A stretch of 64,000 nt of DNA, from NCBI GenBank assembly GCA_964445435.1, contig CAYUKU010000001.1, forward strand, positions 118,942-182,941, in the 5' to 3' direction. The notes beneath the pieces were generated by a model. That model saw only the letters and a program-made list of their open reading frames with translations, had not been told where the DNA came from and searched no databases. Every line of letters starts with the position of its first letter. The stretch's first letter is position 1. The DNA comes from an uncultured Gammaproteobacteria bacterium. GTDB taxonomy: Bacteria > Patescibacteriota > Microgenomatia > UBA10105 > UBA927. Below are positions 38,839-46,264 of this stretch, in pieces. A program made the translations under genes and the position numbers.

Positions 38839-39134
38839 AGAGGTTTTACTTTTATACCGTACGGAATGACCGCATCTATTGCGGATTGGATCGTCCGGCG
38901 CACAACCGTCACTACCCGTTGTCCCACGACTAAGTGAGAAGGGGCATAATCCACAAGTTGTGCGGTAATGCGCTCCCCGCCTTCTAGCTCAACGAGCACA
39001 ACGGGATACGGCGCCTGGTACCCGAAATCCGCGGGTGGAACGCGAATAACCGTAAAGGAACGGATAACGCCCGTTTTCCCGATCATGCGGGCGACGTATT
39101 TCTGATTTCTCCACACTTTGACCGGACTTAACAT
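38835..39134 (-). CDS. DUF35-type OB-fold protein (partner of archaeal-type HMG-CoA synthase/thiolase complex)
   Basis: 99 aa, position between thiolase and GHMP kinase exactly as in archaeal/CPR mevalonate operons; OB-fold-sized. Confidence 0.6.
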   Translation of the reverse strand: MLSPVKVWRNQKYVARMIGKTGVIRSFTVIRVPPADFGYQAPYPVVLVELEGGERITAQLVDYAPSHLVVGQRVVTVVRRTIQSAIDAVIPYGIKVKPL

Positions 39135-39135
39135 A

Positions 39136-40287
39136 TTATCGTTTCAAAATATGAACAACTGCGGTTGCGCCACTGCCGCCGACATTATGTGCAAGGCCTA
39201 TTGATGCCCCTTCTCTCTGCCGGGTTTTGTTTTTCCCTCTCAACTGGTCGACCAGCTCGACAACCTGCTTGACGCCCGTTGCACCGACTGGATGTCCGCA
39301 TCCTTTGAGCCCTCCTGAGGGATTGACGACCAACCGCTTGGCTTTCCCGAGCGTCGTTTCGCCCTGTGCGATTTTACCTGCTGCGTCACCCTTGGGAAAA
39401 AATCCAAGATCTTCCATGGCGAGAATTTCGGCGATAGTAAAACAGTCATGAACCTCCGCGATATCGATATCGCGGGGCGCAACTGCCGCTTTTTCGTATG
39501 CTTCGGCTCCGGCCCTTCGGGTGGCTTCAAGCGCCGTTAAATTTTTCCTTTGGGCGACTCCCAACGTATCGGTTGCGACACAGGAGGCGGCGATTTCGAT
39601 CGAATGCACCCTCTTGATGTTTCGGCGCTTGTTCGTCAGTACGACCGCTGCGGCGCCATCCGATATCGGCGAGCAGTCAAGAAGCTTGAGAGGATCGGCC
39701 ACCTTACTGCTTTTCATGACCTTCTCAACCGTCAGAAGCGAGTGGAATTGCGCGTTAGGATTAAGACTCGCGTGATAATGATTCTTAACAGCAACGGCAG
39801 CCATTTCTTCTTCGGTCGTATGGTACTGCTCCATATGTGCCCGGGCCAAAATCGCATACAATCCCGGAAACGTCGCTCCAGAAAGACGCTCACCCTCGCT
39901 TCCGGCTCCCATGAGCGCCGTGGCGACATCGTCCGGCTTGTGATCCGTCATTTTCTCCACTCCTAACACAACGACGGTGTCATACTGACCGGACAAAACG
40001 GCATTCACCCCGTTATGAAGCGCGAGTCCGCCTGAGGCGCATGCACCCTCGATCTTAAACGCCGGAATCGACCAGCCCAACTCTTCTGCAAAAAACGCCC
40101 CCAGGTGTTCCTGCCCTCCGAGCATGCCGGAAAGCATATTGCCCACAAACAATGCCTCAACGCGCCGGGCTTCAATGTCCGCATCCGCCAAAGCTCCCTC
40201 AACCGCCTGCTTGGCAAGCGTTCGCGGAGAAACTCCCCACAGTTCTCCAAATTTAGTAGTCGCAGCGCCGGTAATAAAGACGTTCAT
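39136..40287 (-). CDS. Acetyl-CoA C-acetyltransferase (thiolase, archaeal-type)
   Basis: Thiolase active-site context FKIEGACASGGLALHNG and C-terminal GHPVGATG motifs. Confidence 0.85.
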   Translation of the reverse strand: MNVFITGAATTKFGELWGVSPRTLAKQAVEGALADADIEARRVEALFVGNMLSGMLGGQEHLGAFFAEELGWSIPAFKIEGACASGGLALHNGVNAVLSGQYDTVVVLGVEKMTDHKPDDVATALMGAGSEGERLSGATFPGLYAILARAHMEQYHTTEEEMAAVAVKNHYHASLNPNAQFHSLLTVEKVMKSSKVADPLKLLDCSPISDGAAAVVLTNKRRNIKRVHSIEIAASCVATDTLGVAQRKNLTALEATRRAGAEAYEKAAVAPRDIDIAEVHDCFTIAEILAMEDLGFFPKGDAAGKIAQGETTLGKAKRLVVNPSGGLKGCGHPVGATGVKQVVELVDQLRGKNKTRQREGASIGLAHNVGGSGATAVVHILKR

Positions 40288-41327
40288 ATTTTATGGGTCT
40301 GTTTCAGATACCCCACGTAATCGATATGTGTTTTATTGGCAATCAAGTCAGAGACAGTAGTTTTCATGCGTTTGCGCACCTTTTGGATTGTTGTAATATT
40401 CTTGGTCACCCGCCAGAGAAATGCGTCGGAACCTGCTCCCGACCCGTATGAAGCCATAAAAATCGTGTCGCCCGGCCTGGCCATGTCAAGTGTCGCCGCA
40501 AAGCCGAGCAATGCAGAGGCAGAGTATGGATTTCCGATATGGTCGACGGTAAGGGAAGGCGCTATCTGATGGGGCACAAATCCCAAGCGCCTGGCTGCAT
40601 CTCTGGGGAATCGGGCATTCGGCATATGGAAAACGCCGTATGTTATATCTTTCGGGTCCATATCAAGCCCCCCGAGAAGTTTCTTGGATGCTCCCAATAC
40701 ATGGGTGAAATACGCAGGCTCTCCGGTAAATCGTCCGGCATGCGTGGGGTAACGGATTCCATCCCGTCGCCAGAAATCCGGCGTGTCGGAAGAAAATGAG
40801 GTATACGAAACAAGCTCGGCAATCGGATTGGTGTTTCCCAAAAGAAGCGCCACTCCTGCAGCCGCCGACGTGTATTCAAGAGCATCGTGCGGCTTGCTTT
40901 GCGCCGTATCTGATCCGATCGCAAGGCCATAGGCAATGTGTCCGGAATCGACGAGCCCTGCTATCGCCTGCACGGCGGCGGTTGCGGCCTTGCAGGCAAA
41001 TTCCAAATCCGCGGCAAGATACCCATTGCCCACCCCTAACAATTCTCCTACAATCGTTGACGTGGGATTCACCGCATACGGATGACTTTCGCTCCCCACA
41101 AACAGCGTTTCAATCTTCTGAGGATCAATCGCACCCGACACTAACGCATCATGCGCCGATTCCAGTGCGATAGTGACGGCATCCTCGTCAACACCAGGCA
41201 CGGATTTCTCAGAAATCCCCAAAGACGCGACGACTTCGTCGCCCTCTTTCTTCCACGCCCTGGCAATATCACCCAAAGTGACACGGTATATAGGAACATA
41301 TGTCCCGTAACTTACTATGCCTGCCAT
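40284..41327 (-). CDS. Hydroxymethylglutaryl-CoA synthase (archaeal-type, short)
   Basis: 347 aa; IVSYGTYVPIYRV ... LEFACKAATAA catalytic Cys context typical of archaeal HMGCS. Confidence 0.85.
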   Translation of the reverse strand: MAGIVSYGTYVPIYRVTLGDIARAWKKEGDEVVASLGISEKSVPGVDEDAVTIALESAHDALVSGAIDPQKIETLFVGSESHPYAVNPTSTIVGELLGVGNGYLAADLEFACKAATAAVQAIAGLVDSGHIAYGLAIGSDTAQSKPHDALEYTSAAAGVALLLGNTNPIAELVSYTSFSSDTPDFWRRDGIRYPTHAGRFTGEPAYFTHVLGASKKLLGGLDMDPKDITYGVFHMPNARFPRDAARRLGFVPHQIAPSLTVDHIGNPYSASALLGFAATLDMARPGDTIFMASYGSGAGSDAFLWRVTKNITTIQKVRKRMKTTVSDLIANKTHIDYVGYLKQTHKI

Positions 41328-42482
41328 TTATTTCCCTCCCCGTGCAAGCGTTTTGTGCGCTTTCACCAACGATCCTTCTTCAAGAGATGAAAGAAGCGAC
41401 ACTTCCCCGGCAAGGACACTGGCTGCCACTATTTCTGCAAACTGCCGACTATGCTCTCCGTCGTTACCCCCTGCTACACCCAATATCGTAAGGGCTTCCG
41501 TTTGTGTGGCAAGACCAGTCCCTCCACCCACCGTGCCTACCATCAGATCGGGCATACAAACATTGATATACAGGGCATCACCGTCTACCTCACAGGTGGT
41601 TATCCCGCAGCTCGCCTCGCTTATGTGGCCCGGGTCTTGCCCGGTTGCCAGAAACAGCGCGGCAACCACGTTAGCGTACTGGGCATTAAATCCCATGCTG
41701 CCGCTTATGGCGCTTCCGATCATGCACTTGGCGAGCCAGACGTCATAGACTTTTTTTGCAGATGTTTTCAAAACGCTTGAAAGTATCGGTGCGGGAATGA
41801 CTGCCTCTGCCCACACTTTGGTTCCCCGGTTTTCAAGTATATTGAGCCACGCCGGTTTCTTATCGATGTCGAAATTTCCTGCGACCGCCACGCACGAAAC
41901 ACCCGTTTTTTCTTCGATATACGAAGCGATAGCCTGGGAAGCAATCGTCACCATATTCATACCCATCGCGTCCCCGGTGTGGAATACAAACCGGACATAG
42001 CGATAGCGCCCGACACCGCGGGTGAAAAGCTTCTCAAGCGTCAGGTGCCGCGATATGTTCCCTGCGACTTCCCGTAGCTCGTCCAGGTGCTCCTTAAGAA
42101 ACCGGTATAACCGGTCACTTTCTTCCAGATTTTTCACACGGAATACCGGACCGCGCGTCGCACCCACCCGGTGGCTGTCCACCGAGGCGCCGCCGGATAG
42201 GGTGATTGCTTTGCACCCCCGGTTGACTGACGCCACGAGCGCGCCTTCAGTCGTCGCAAGAGGAATGTAATACTGCCTCCCGTCCCCCTTTGGGGATTGG
42301 ACCTTTAAAGGTCCGGCAATTCCCAAAGGAATCTGCGCTATCCCGATCATATTTTCACAATTGCGGGCTGCCGCCACTTGCTCGTCCAGGGTGAACGAGC
42401 CTATATGGGGCATCGTGACACCGAGCTCTTTCTCAAGGGCCTTCCGTCGGTCTGCCACTTTTGTATATGTACGAAGGTTCAT
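41328..42482 (-). CDS. HMG-CoA reductase, class I catalytic domain only
   Basis: ENMIGIAQIPLGIAGPL, ATTEGALVASVNRGCKA motifs; ORF-track N-terminal extension to 42833 overlaps the upstream gene in another frame, so start taken at MNLRTY (42482). Confidence 0.8.
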   Translation of the reverse strand: MNLRTYTKVADRRKALEKELGVTMPHIGSFTLDEQVAAARNCENMIGIAQIPLGIAGPLKVQSPKGDGRQYYIPLATTEGALVASVNRGCKAITLSGGASVDSHRVGATRGPVFRVKNLEESDRLYRFLKEHLDELREVAGNISRHLTLEKLFTRGVGRYRYVRFVFHTGDAMGMNMVTIASQAIASYIEEKTGVSCVAVAGNFDIDKKPAWLNILENRGTKVWAEAVIPAPILSSVLKTSAKKVYDVWLAKCMIGSAISGSMGFNAQYANVVAALFLATGQDPGHISEASCGITTCEVDGDALYINVCMPDLMVGTVGGGTGLATQTEALTILGVAGGNDGEHSRQFAEIVAASVLAGEVSLLSSLEEGSLVKAHKTLARGGK

Positions 42483-43096
42483 AGAAACGGAATGCGAAAA
42501 ATTCCCAGCCGATACATCAAAACGCTGTATGCGCCAAGAAGCGGAAGCACGACCACACACACGATCGTAATTTTCCCCAAATCCAGCTTCAGACCAAACC
42601 GCAATGCCAAGTACCCCAAAATGACTTTCCAAAACAAAAGCGTCGATGAAAAGAGGAGATACAGAGCGCTGAAAAGGACGCCATAAACGCTGGTCGTTCT
42701 GGGGGGAGGAAGAAGAACGTACAAAAGCGAGGTTGACAAAAACCACAGAAGCGTGGGGATAAGCGTATATCCCCATCCGAGAAGAAGCCCCCTGAGAGTC
42801 CCTTTCGCGCCAACCAGCCTCCCCGCGGTCCAAAAAAGAAACACCGTCAAAAGATACGTAACAAGCACGGCGACGGCTAATACCACAAAGTGACGGGTGA
42901 GCAAAAACGGCCGAAACGATGCTGTTTTCACGAGCGCAGCGCTTGCGAAATAGGTCGACAACAGGAGGGCTATCCCCACCAGTTCCCAGAGATTCCCCTC
43001 GCGCTCAATCCGCCGGTATGTTTCATACGGGCGGGAAAGAATCCCGACAATCGTTCGGCCAAACGATACCGCAATAGTAATTGCCTTCTCATCCAT
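42479..43096 (-). CDS. Polytopic membrane protein (Yip1-domain-like), hypothetical
   Basis: 205 aa, 5 TM helices; 4-bp overlap with HMGR start suggests co-transcription. Confidence 0.5.
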   Translation of the reverse strand: MDEKAITIAVSFGRTIVGILSRPYETYRRIEREGNLWELVGIALLLSTYFASAALVKTASFRPFLLTRHFVVLAVAVLVTYLLTVFLFWTAGRLVGAKGTLRGLLLGWGYTLIPTLLWFLSTSLLYVLLPPPRTTSVYGVLFSALYLLFSSTLLFWKVILGYLALRFGLKLDLGKITIVCVVVLPLLGAYSVLMYRLGIFRIPFL

Positions 43097-43097
43097 A

Positions 43098-43166
43098 AAA
43101 AGGGGGGCACCCCCTAGAAGGTTAGTCGGAGATTTCGGCTAAAACCCGCGCCCGCCTCTTGGGCGG
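43098..43166 (-). terminator. Tandem rho-independent terminator hairpins downstream of sigma/anti-sigma pair
   Basis: Minus-strand RNA: GCCCGCC-CAAGA-GGCGGGC followed by GGGUUUU, then GGGGG-UGC-CCCCC followed by UUUU. Confidence 0.4.
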
Positions 43167-43185
43167 GCGCCGATGAGGCGACTGA

Positions 43186-43416
43186 CTAAAATCCTCTTTG
43201 AAGTATGCTTGTGAGGATCACGACTGCCGAACCGATGAGGAAATAGATACCCGAAACCAGAAGAGTCGCAGCCAACACGAGAGCTGGCCAGGGCATGACC
43301 TTCAGCCGTCTGACAATCGCCTTATAATACGGCGTCAGAGGGCCCACGGTTTGAGGAGGCAACTCGGTGACCTCCTCCCAGCGTTTCACAAACTTGTTAT
43401 AGAGTGCGTCTGTCAT
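43186..43416 (-). CDS. Small membrane-anchored protein, putative anti-sigma factor
   Basis: Directly follows the ECF sigma gene (5-bp gap if start at MTDALYNKF); C-terminal TM helix ALVLAATLLVSGIYFLIGSAVVIL; ORF-track start would overlap the sigma gene by 116 bp. Confidence 0.4.
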   Translation of the reverse strand: MTDALYNKFVKRWEEVTELPPQTVGPLTPYYKAIVRRLKVMPWPALVLAATLLVSGIYFLIGSAVVILTSILQRGF

Positions 43417-43420
43417 ATCG

Positions 43421-43972
43421 TCAGATGGATATAAAAAGTTCCACGAATGCTTTCCGGGCACGGAATAATTGCGATTCCGCGCTTTTGAATGAAAGGGCAA
43501 ATTTGCGGGCAATCTCGGCAACCGAAAGATCGTCAACGTATTTGGACACCAGAAGCATCCGGTATCGTGGCATCATACGACCCAAGACTGCTTGAATTTT
43601 CTCTTTCAGAAACACCACATCAAGCTCCTCTTCGGGATTAAGCATCGGCGAAACGATCGCCTCAAGCCCCGGCATTTGGGAAAACACGAGCTGTTTAAGC
43701 TTCTTGCGGCGGTAATAATCGATGATCTTGTGATGGCAAATAGAGAAAAGGAAGGTTTTCACGCTTGATTTCCCGTGAAAGTCGCGGATAGCCTCAAGAA
43801 ACGCAAACAGCGTGTCCTGCAAAATTTCCTCAGCATCAAGCGTGTTGCCGACCTTCCCATGGATAAATGCAGAAAGTTTCGGCGTATATCTGCGGTAAAA
43901 TACCGAGAGTGCGCGCCGGTCGCGGGCAAGAATGTGCCGGATCAGCTGCTGATCTTCTTCGAGGTGTTCCAT
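43421..43972 (-). CDS. ECF-type RNA polymerase sigma factor (sigma-70 regions 2 and 4)
   Basis: Region 2 DAEEILQDTLFAFLEAIRDF and region 4 HTH LSVAEIARKFALSFKSAESQLFRARK. Confidence 0.8.
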   Translation of the reverse strand: MEHLEEDQQLIRHILARDRRALSVFYRRYTPKLSAFIHGKVGNTLDAEEILQDTLFAFLEAIRDFHGKSSVKTFLFSICHHKIIDYYRRKKLKQLVFSQMPGLEAIVSPMLNPEEELDVVFLKEKIQAVLGRMMPRYRMLLVSKYVDDLSVAEIARKFALSFKSAESQLFRARKAFVELFISI

Positions 43973-44025
43973 ACCAGGAATGCTTCAAAGCATATCATAT
44001 CACCCAGCAGGATCGCAAAGCAGAA

Positions 44026-44054
44026 TTGACACTCCCCACCTCTTGCCATACACT
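44026..44054 (+). promoter_or_regulatory. Putative sigma-70-like promoter for pilin array (TTGACA-17 bp-TACACT)
   Basis: Perfect -35 hexamer at 44026-44031, 17-bp spacer, -10-like TACACT at 44049-44054, ending 6 bp before the first pilin ATG (possible leaderless or very short leader). Confidence 0.3.
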
Positions 44055-44060
44055 TATGGT

Positions 44061-44369
44061 ATGGAGCGTGTTTACGCGGCAGTTAATATCGAGGAGGTTT
44101 TCCCGCCCGCCGAAAATTTCAACCAAATAGGGCCCCTGGTGTCCGTTATCGTAAAAAACGCCTTTATGCTTGCCGGCGTCATTACGCTTGTATTGATCGT
44201 TTTGGGGGGATTTGGGATAATAGCTTCTGCCGGAGGAGATACCAAGAGGCTTGACCAGGGTAAAAAAACAATTACCGGCGCAGTGGTCGGTCTTCTGGTC
44301 ATTGTAGGATCTTTCTGGATCGTCCAGATAATCGAAACGCTCACCGGATTGACACTTATTCCGAAATAA
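44061..44369 (+). CDS. VirB2/TrbC-like pilin paralog 1 of tandem array
   Basis: Core LAGVITLVLIVLGGFGIIASAGGDTKRLDQGKKTITGAVVGLLVIVGSFWIV; start taken at MERVYAAV (ORF track 43980). Confidence 0.6.
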   Translation: MERVYAAVNIEEVFPPAENFNQIGPLVSVIVKNAFMLAGVITLVLIVLGGFGIIASAGGDTKRLDQGKKTITGAVVGLLVIVGSFWIVQIIETLTGLTLIPK

Positions 44370-44370
44370 T

Positions 44371-44721
44371 ATGGACGACATCGTCGGCAAAATAGATAAC
44401 CCGCTTCCCTCAGCCTACAAAAACCTGGCCGGATCGGCCGGACAGGCGGGGGGACTTATTCTTTTCTTCTCCAACGTCCTTCGGCTGGTGTTTGTGATCG
44501 CGGGCATTTACGCATTCATCAACTTCATTATCGCAGGCTACACCTACATGAGCGCGGGCGGAGACTCCAAATCCATCGCAAGTGCGTGGGCGCGCATCTG
44601 GCAGACGCTTCTTGGACTCGTCGTTGTTGTTGGATCATTTGCCATCGCGTCTCTTATGGGACAGCTTATTTTCGGTGACCCGCAGTATATTCTCAATCCG
44701 ACACTATACGGACCCAAATAA
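44371..44721 (+). CDS. VirB2/TrbC-like pilin paralog 2
   Basis: Core IAGIYAFINFIIAGYTYMSAGGDSKSIASAWARIWQTLLGLVVVVGSFAIA; 1-bp spacing from previous gene. Confidence 0.6.
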   Translation: MDDIVGKIDNPLPSAYKNLAGSAGQAGGLILFFSNVLRLVFVIAGIYAFINFIIAGYTYMSAGGDSKSIASAWARIWQTLLGLVVVVGSFAIASLMGQLIFGDPQYILNPTLYGPK

Positions 44722-44724
44722 TCT

Positions 44725-45096
44725 ATGGCAACAGGGGGACAACCATTAGGACCAATTGGCGGCGAGGGGCTTGGCCCGTTTGGCAATATCGGGAAGTCGT
44801 CCGATAAATATGCAGGTATTACCAGCGCCCTTGACACTGTCAGCTCTATTGTCGGATTTATGACTATCGTTGCCGGCATCTGGTTTCTGTTTATGCTTCT
44901 TTTTGCCGGATACGAGTGGATTTCCGCAGGCGGCGATACGAAAAAAATCGGAAGTGCGCGAGACCGCATCACCCATGCGTTTACCGGACTGGTTATCGTC
45001 GTAGGCGCCTGGAGCTTGCTTGCGGTTGCCGGACAATTTTTCGGCTACGATATTCTCGTCAACCCGAGAGACGTCATTAATAATTTAGGGCTCTAA
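44725..45096 (+). CDS. VirB2/TrbC-like pilin paralog 3
   Basis: Core VAGIWFLFMLLFAGYEWISAGGDTKKIGSARDRITHAFTGLVIVVGAWSLL. Confidence 0.6.
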   Translation: MATGGQPLGPIGGEGLGPFGNIGKSSDKYAGITSALDTVSSIVGFMTIVAGIWFLFMLLFAGYEWISAGGDTKKIGSARDRITHAFTGLVIVVGAWSLLAVAGQFFGYDILVNPRDVINNLGL

Positions 45097-45100
45097 ACTT

Positions 45101-45457
45101 ATGGAACACACGCTTTTGGCACAACTAAGAAACCCGGTCCTCCCTAACATCATCGGCGGAGGGAACACGCCAGATTACAAAACCGGCGGCACCGCCCTGG
45201 GAAGCCTTGTAAGCAGCATCATAGGAGCACTTTTTATCGCAGGTTTTTTGCTTGCGTTTTTCATGCTTCTGCAGGGCGGCCTTAAATGGATTACCGCCGG
45301 AAGCGACAAAACCAAACTTGAGGGCGCGCGTGATGCAATCACAAATTCTATCATCGGCATTATCGTCGTGGGGGCTGCATACGGAGTCACTGTGGTTGTG
45401 GCGAGATTTTTCGGACTGGAACTCGAGTCGCTTCCTATCCCGTCCATAACGCAGTAA
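45101..45457 (+). CDS. VirB2/TrbC-like pilin paralog 4
   Basis: Core IAGFLLAFFMLLQGGLKWITAGSDKTKLEGARDAITNSIIGIIVVGAAYGV. Confidence 0.6.
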   Translation: MEHTLLAQLRNPVLPNIIGGGNTPDYKTGGTALGSLVSSIIGALFIAGFLLAFFMLLQGGLKWITAGSDKTKLEGARDAITNSIIGIIVVGAAYGVTVVVARFFGLELESLPIPSITQ

Positions 45458-45494
45458 CGCTTGTGAAACGTCGGGGTTGACAATGCCGACAAAA

Positions 45495-45523
45495 TTGCGC
45501 AACAATGAGAAGTAAGCTATAAT
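45495..45523 (+). promoter_or_regulatory. Putative internal promoter within pilin array (TTGCGC-17 bp-TATAAT) followed by consensus SD AAGGAGG
   Basis: Perfect -10 TATAAT at 45518-45523 with 17-bp spacer from TTGCGC; the intergenic gap before paralog 5 is the only long one in the array; SD AAGGAGG at 45538-45544, ATG at 45551. Confidence 0.45.
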
Positions 45524-45550
45524 ACGCGGTGTAGCGTAAGGAGGATTCAT

Positions 45551-45880
45551 ATGAAGGTTTTCGCAGCAGATCCGCAAATCACCATCAAGCAGCCGACAAA
45601 CATCAAAATCGGCGACGTCGGACAGCTTATTTCTGCAGTGGTCGGAACCCTCCTTATTATCGCGGCACTCCTTGCGTTCTTCTACCTTATTCTCGGTGGT
45701 ATCCAATGGATAACCTCCGGCGGTGATAAGGCAGGCATGGAAGCCGCCCGCAATAAGATTACCCACGCGATCGTCGGACTGATCATCGTGGGAGCAGCTT
45801 GGGCCATCATGCTTCTCGTCCAGAACTTCCTGGGCGTGACGATCATCGGCGGGCAGCTCAACTTCCCGACGCCGTTTTAG
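45551..45880 (+). CDS. VirB2/TrbC-like pilin paralog 5
   Basis: Core IAALLAFFYLILGGIQWITSGGDKAGMEAARNKITHAIVGLIIVGAAWAIM; strongest RBS of the array. Confidence 0.65.
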   Translation: MKVFAADPQITIKQPTNIKIGDVGQLISAVVGTLLIIAALLAFFYLILGGIQWITSGGDKAGMEAARNKITHAIVGLIIVGAAWAIMLLVQNFLGVTIIGGQLNFPTPF

Positions 45881-45904
45881 CAAGAGTCGTGCTACAATAG
45901 GCTC

Positions 45905-46249
45905 ATGAACTTCTTGTCGAAATTCCCTTCTTTTTTCGTGCACGCGTCGCAATTGGGGAACCTCGAAGACACGGACGTGGCGACCATTCAGTCCCTTGAG
46001 ACATTGTTTGCCAATTTCGTCAAAACGATTGTCGCGCTTGCGGGAGTAGCGCTATTTATCATGTTTGTCGTTGCAGGATTCACGTATCTGTTTGCCGGAG
46101 GGGATGCCAAGAAATCAGAACAAGCCCGCGGAACGCTCTCAAATGCCGTCATCGGTCTCGTCGTCGTCGTTGCCGCGTATCTTATCGTCAGAATCATCAG
46201 CGTCTTTACCGGTGTCCCTGAGGTCTTGCAGTTTGCCATACCAAAGTAA
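45905..46249 (+). CDS. VirB2/TrbC-like pilin paralog 6
   Basis: Core LAGVALFIMFVVAGFTYLFAGGDAKKSEQARGTLSNAVIGLVVVVAAYLIV. Confidence 0.6.
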   Translation: MNFLSKFPSFFVHASQLGNLEDTDVATIQSLETLFANFVKTIVALAGVALFIMFVVAGFTYLFAGGDAKKSEQARGTLSNAVIGLVVVVAAYLIVRIISVFTGVPEVLQFAIPK

Positions 46250-46264
46250 GATAATACGAATGTC

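Noticed and set aside
42483-42833. N-terminal 117-aa extension of the HMG-CoA reductase ORF
   Set aside because: Overlaps the upstream Yip1-like membrane protein gene in a different frame; class I HMGR catalytic domains begin near the internal Met (MNLRTY).
45125-45952. 275-aa minus-strand ORF spanning three pilin paralogs
   Set aside because: Crosses plus-strand gene boundaries and intergenic promoter/RBS; Arg/Asp-rich, no hydrophobic structure; pilin genes have conserved family motifs.
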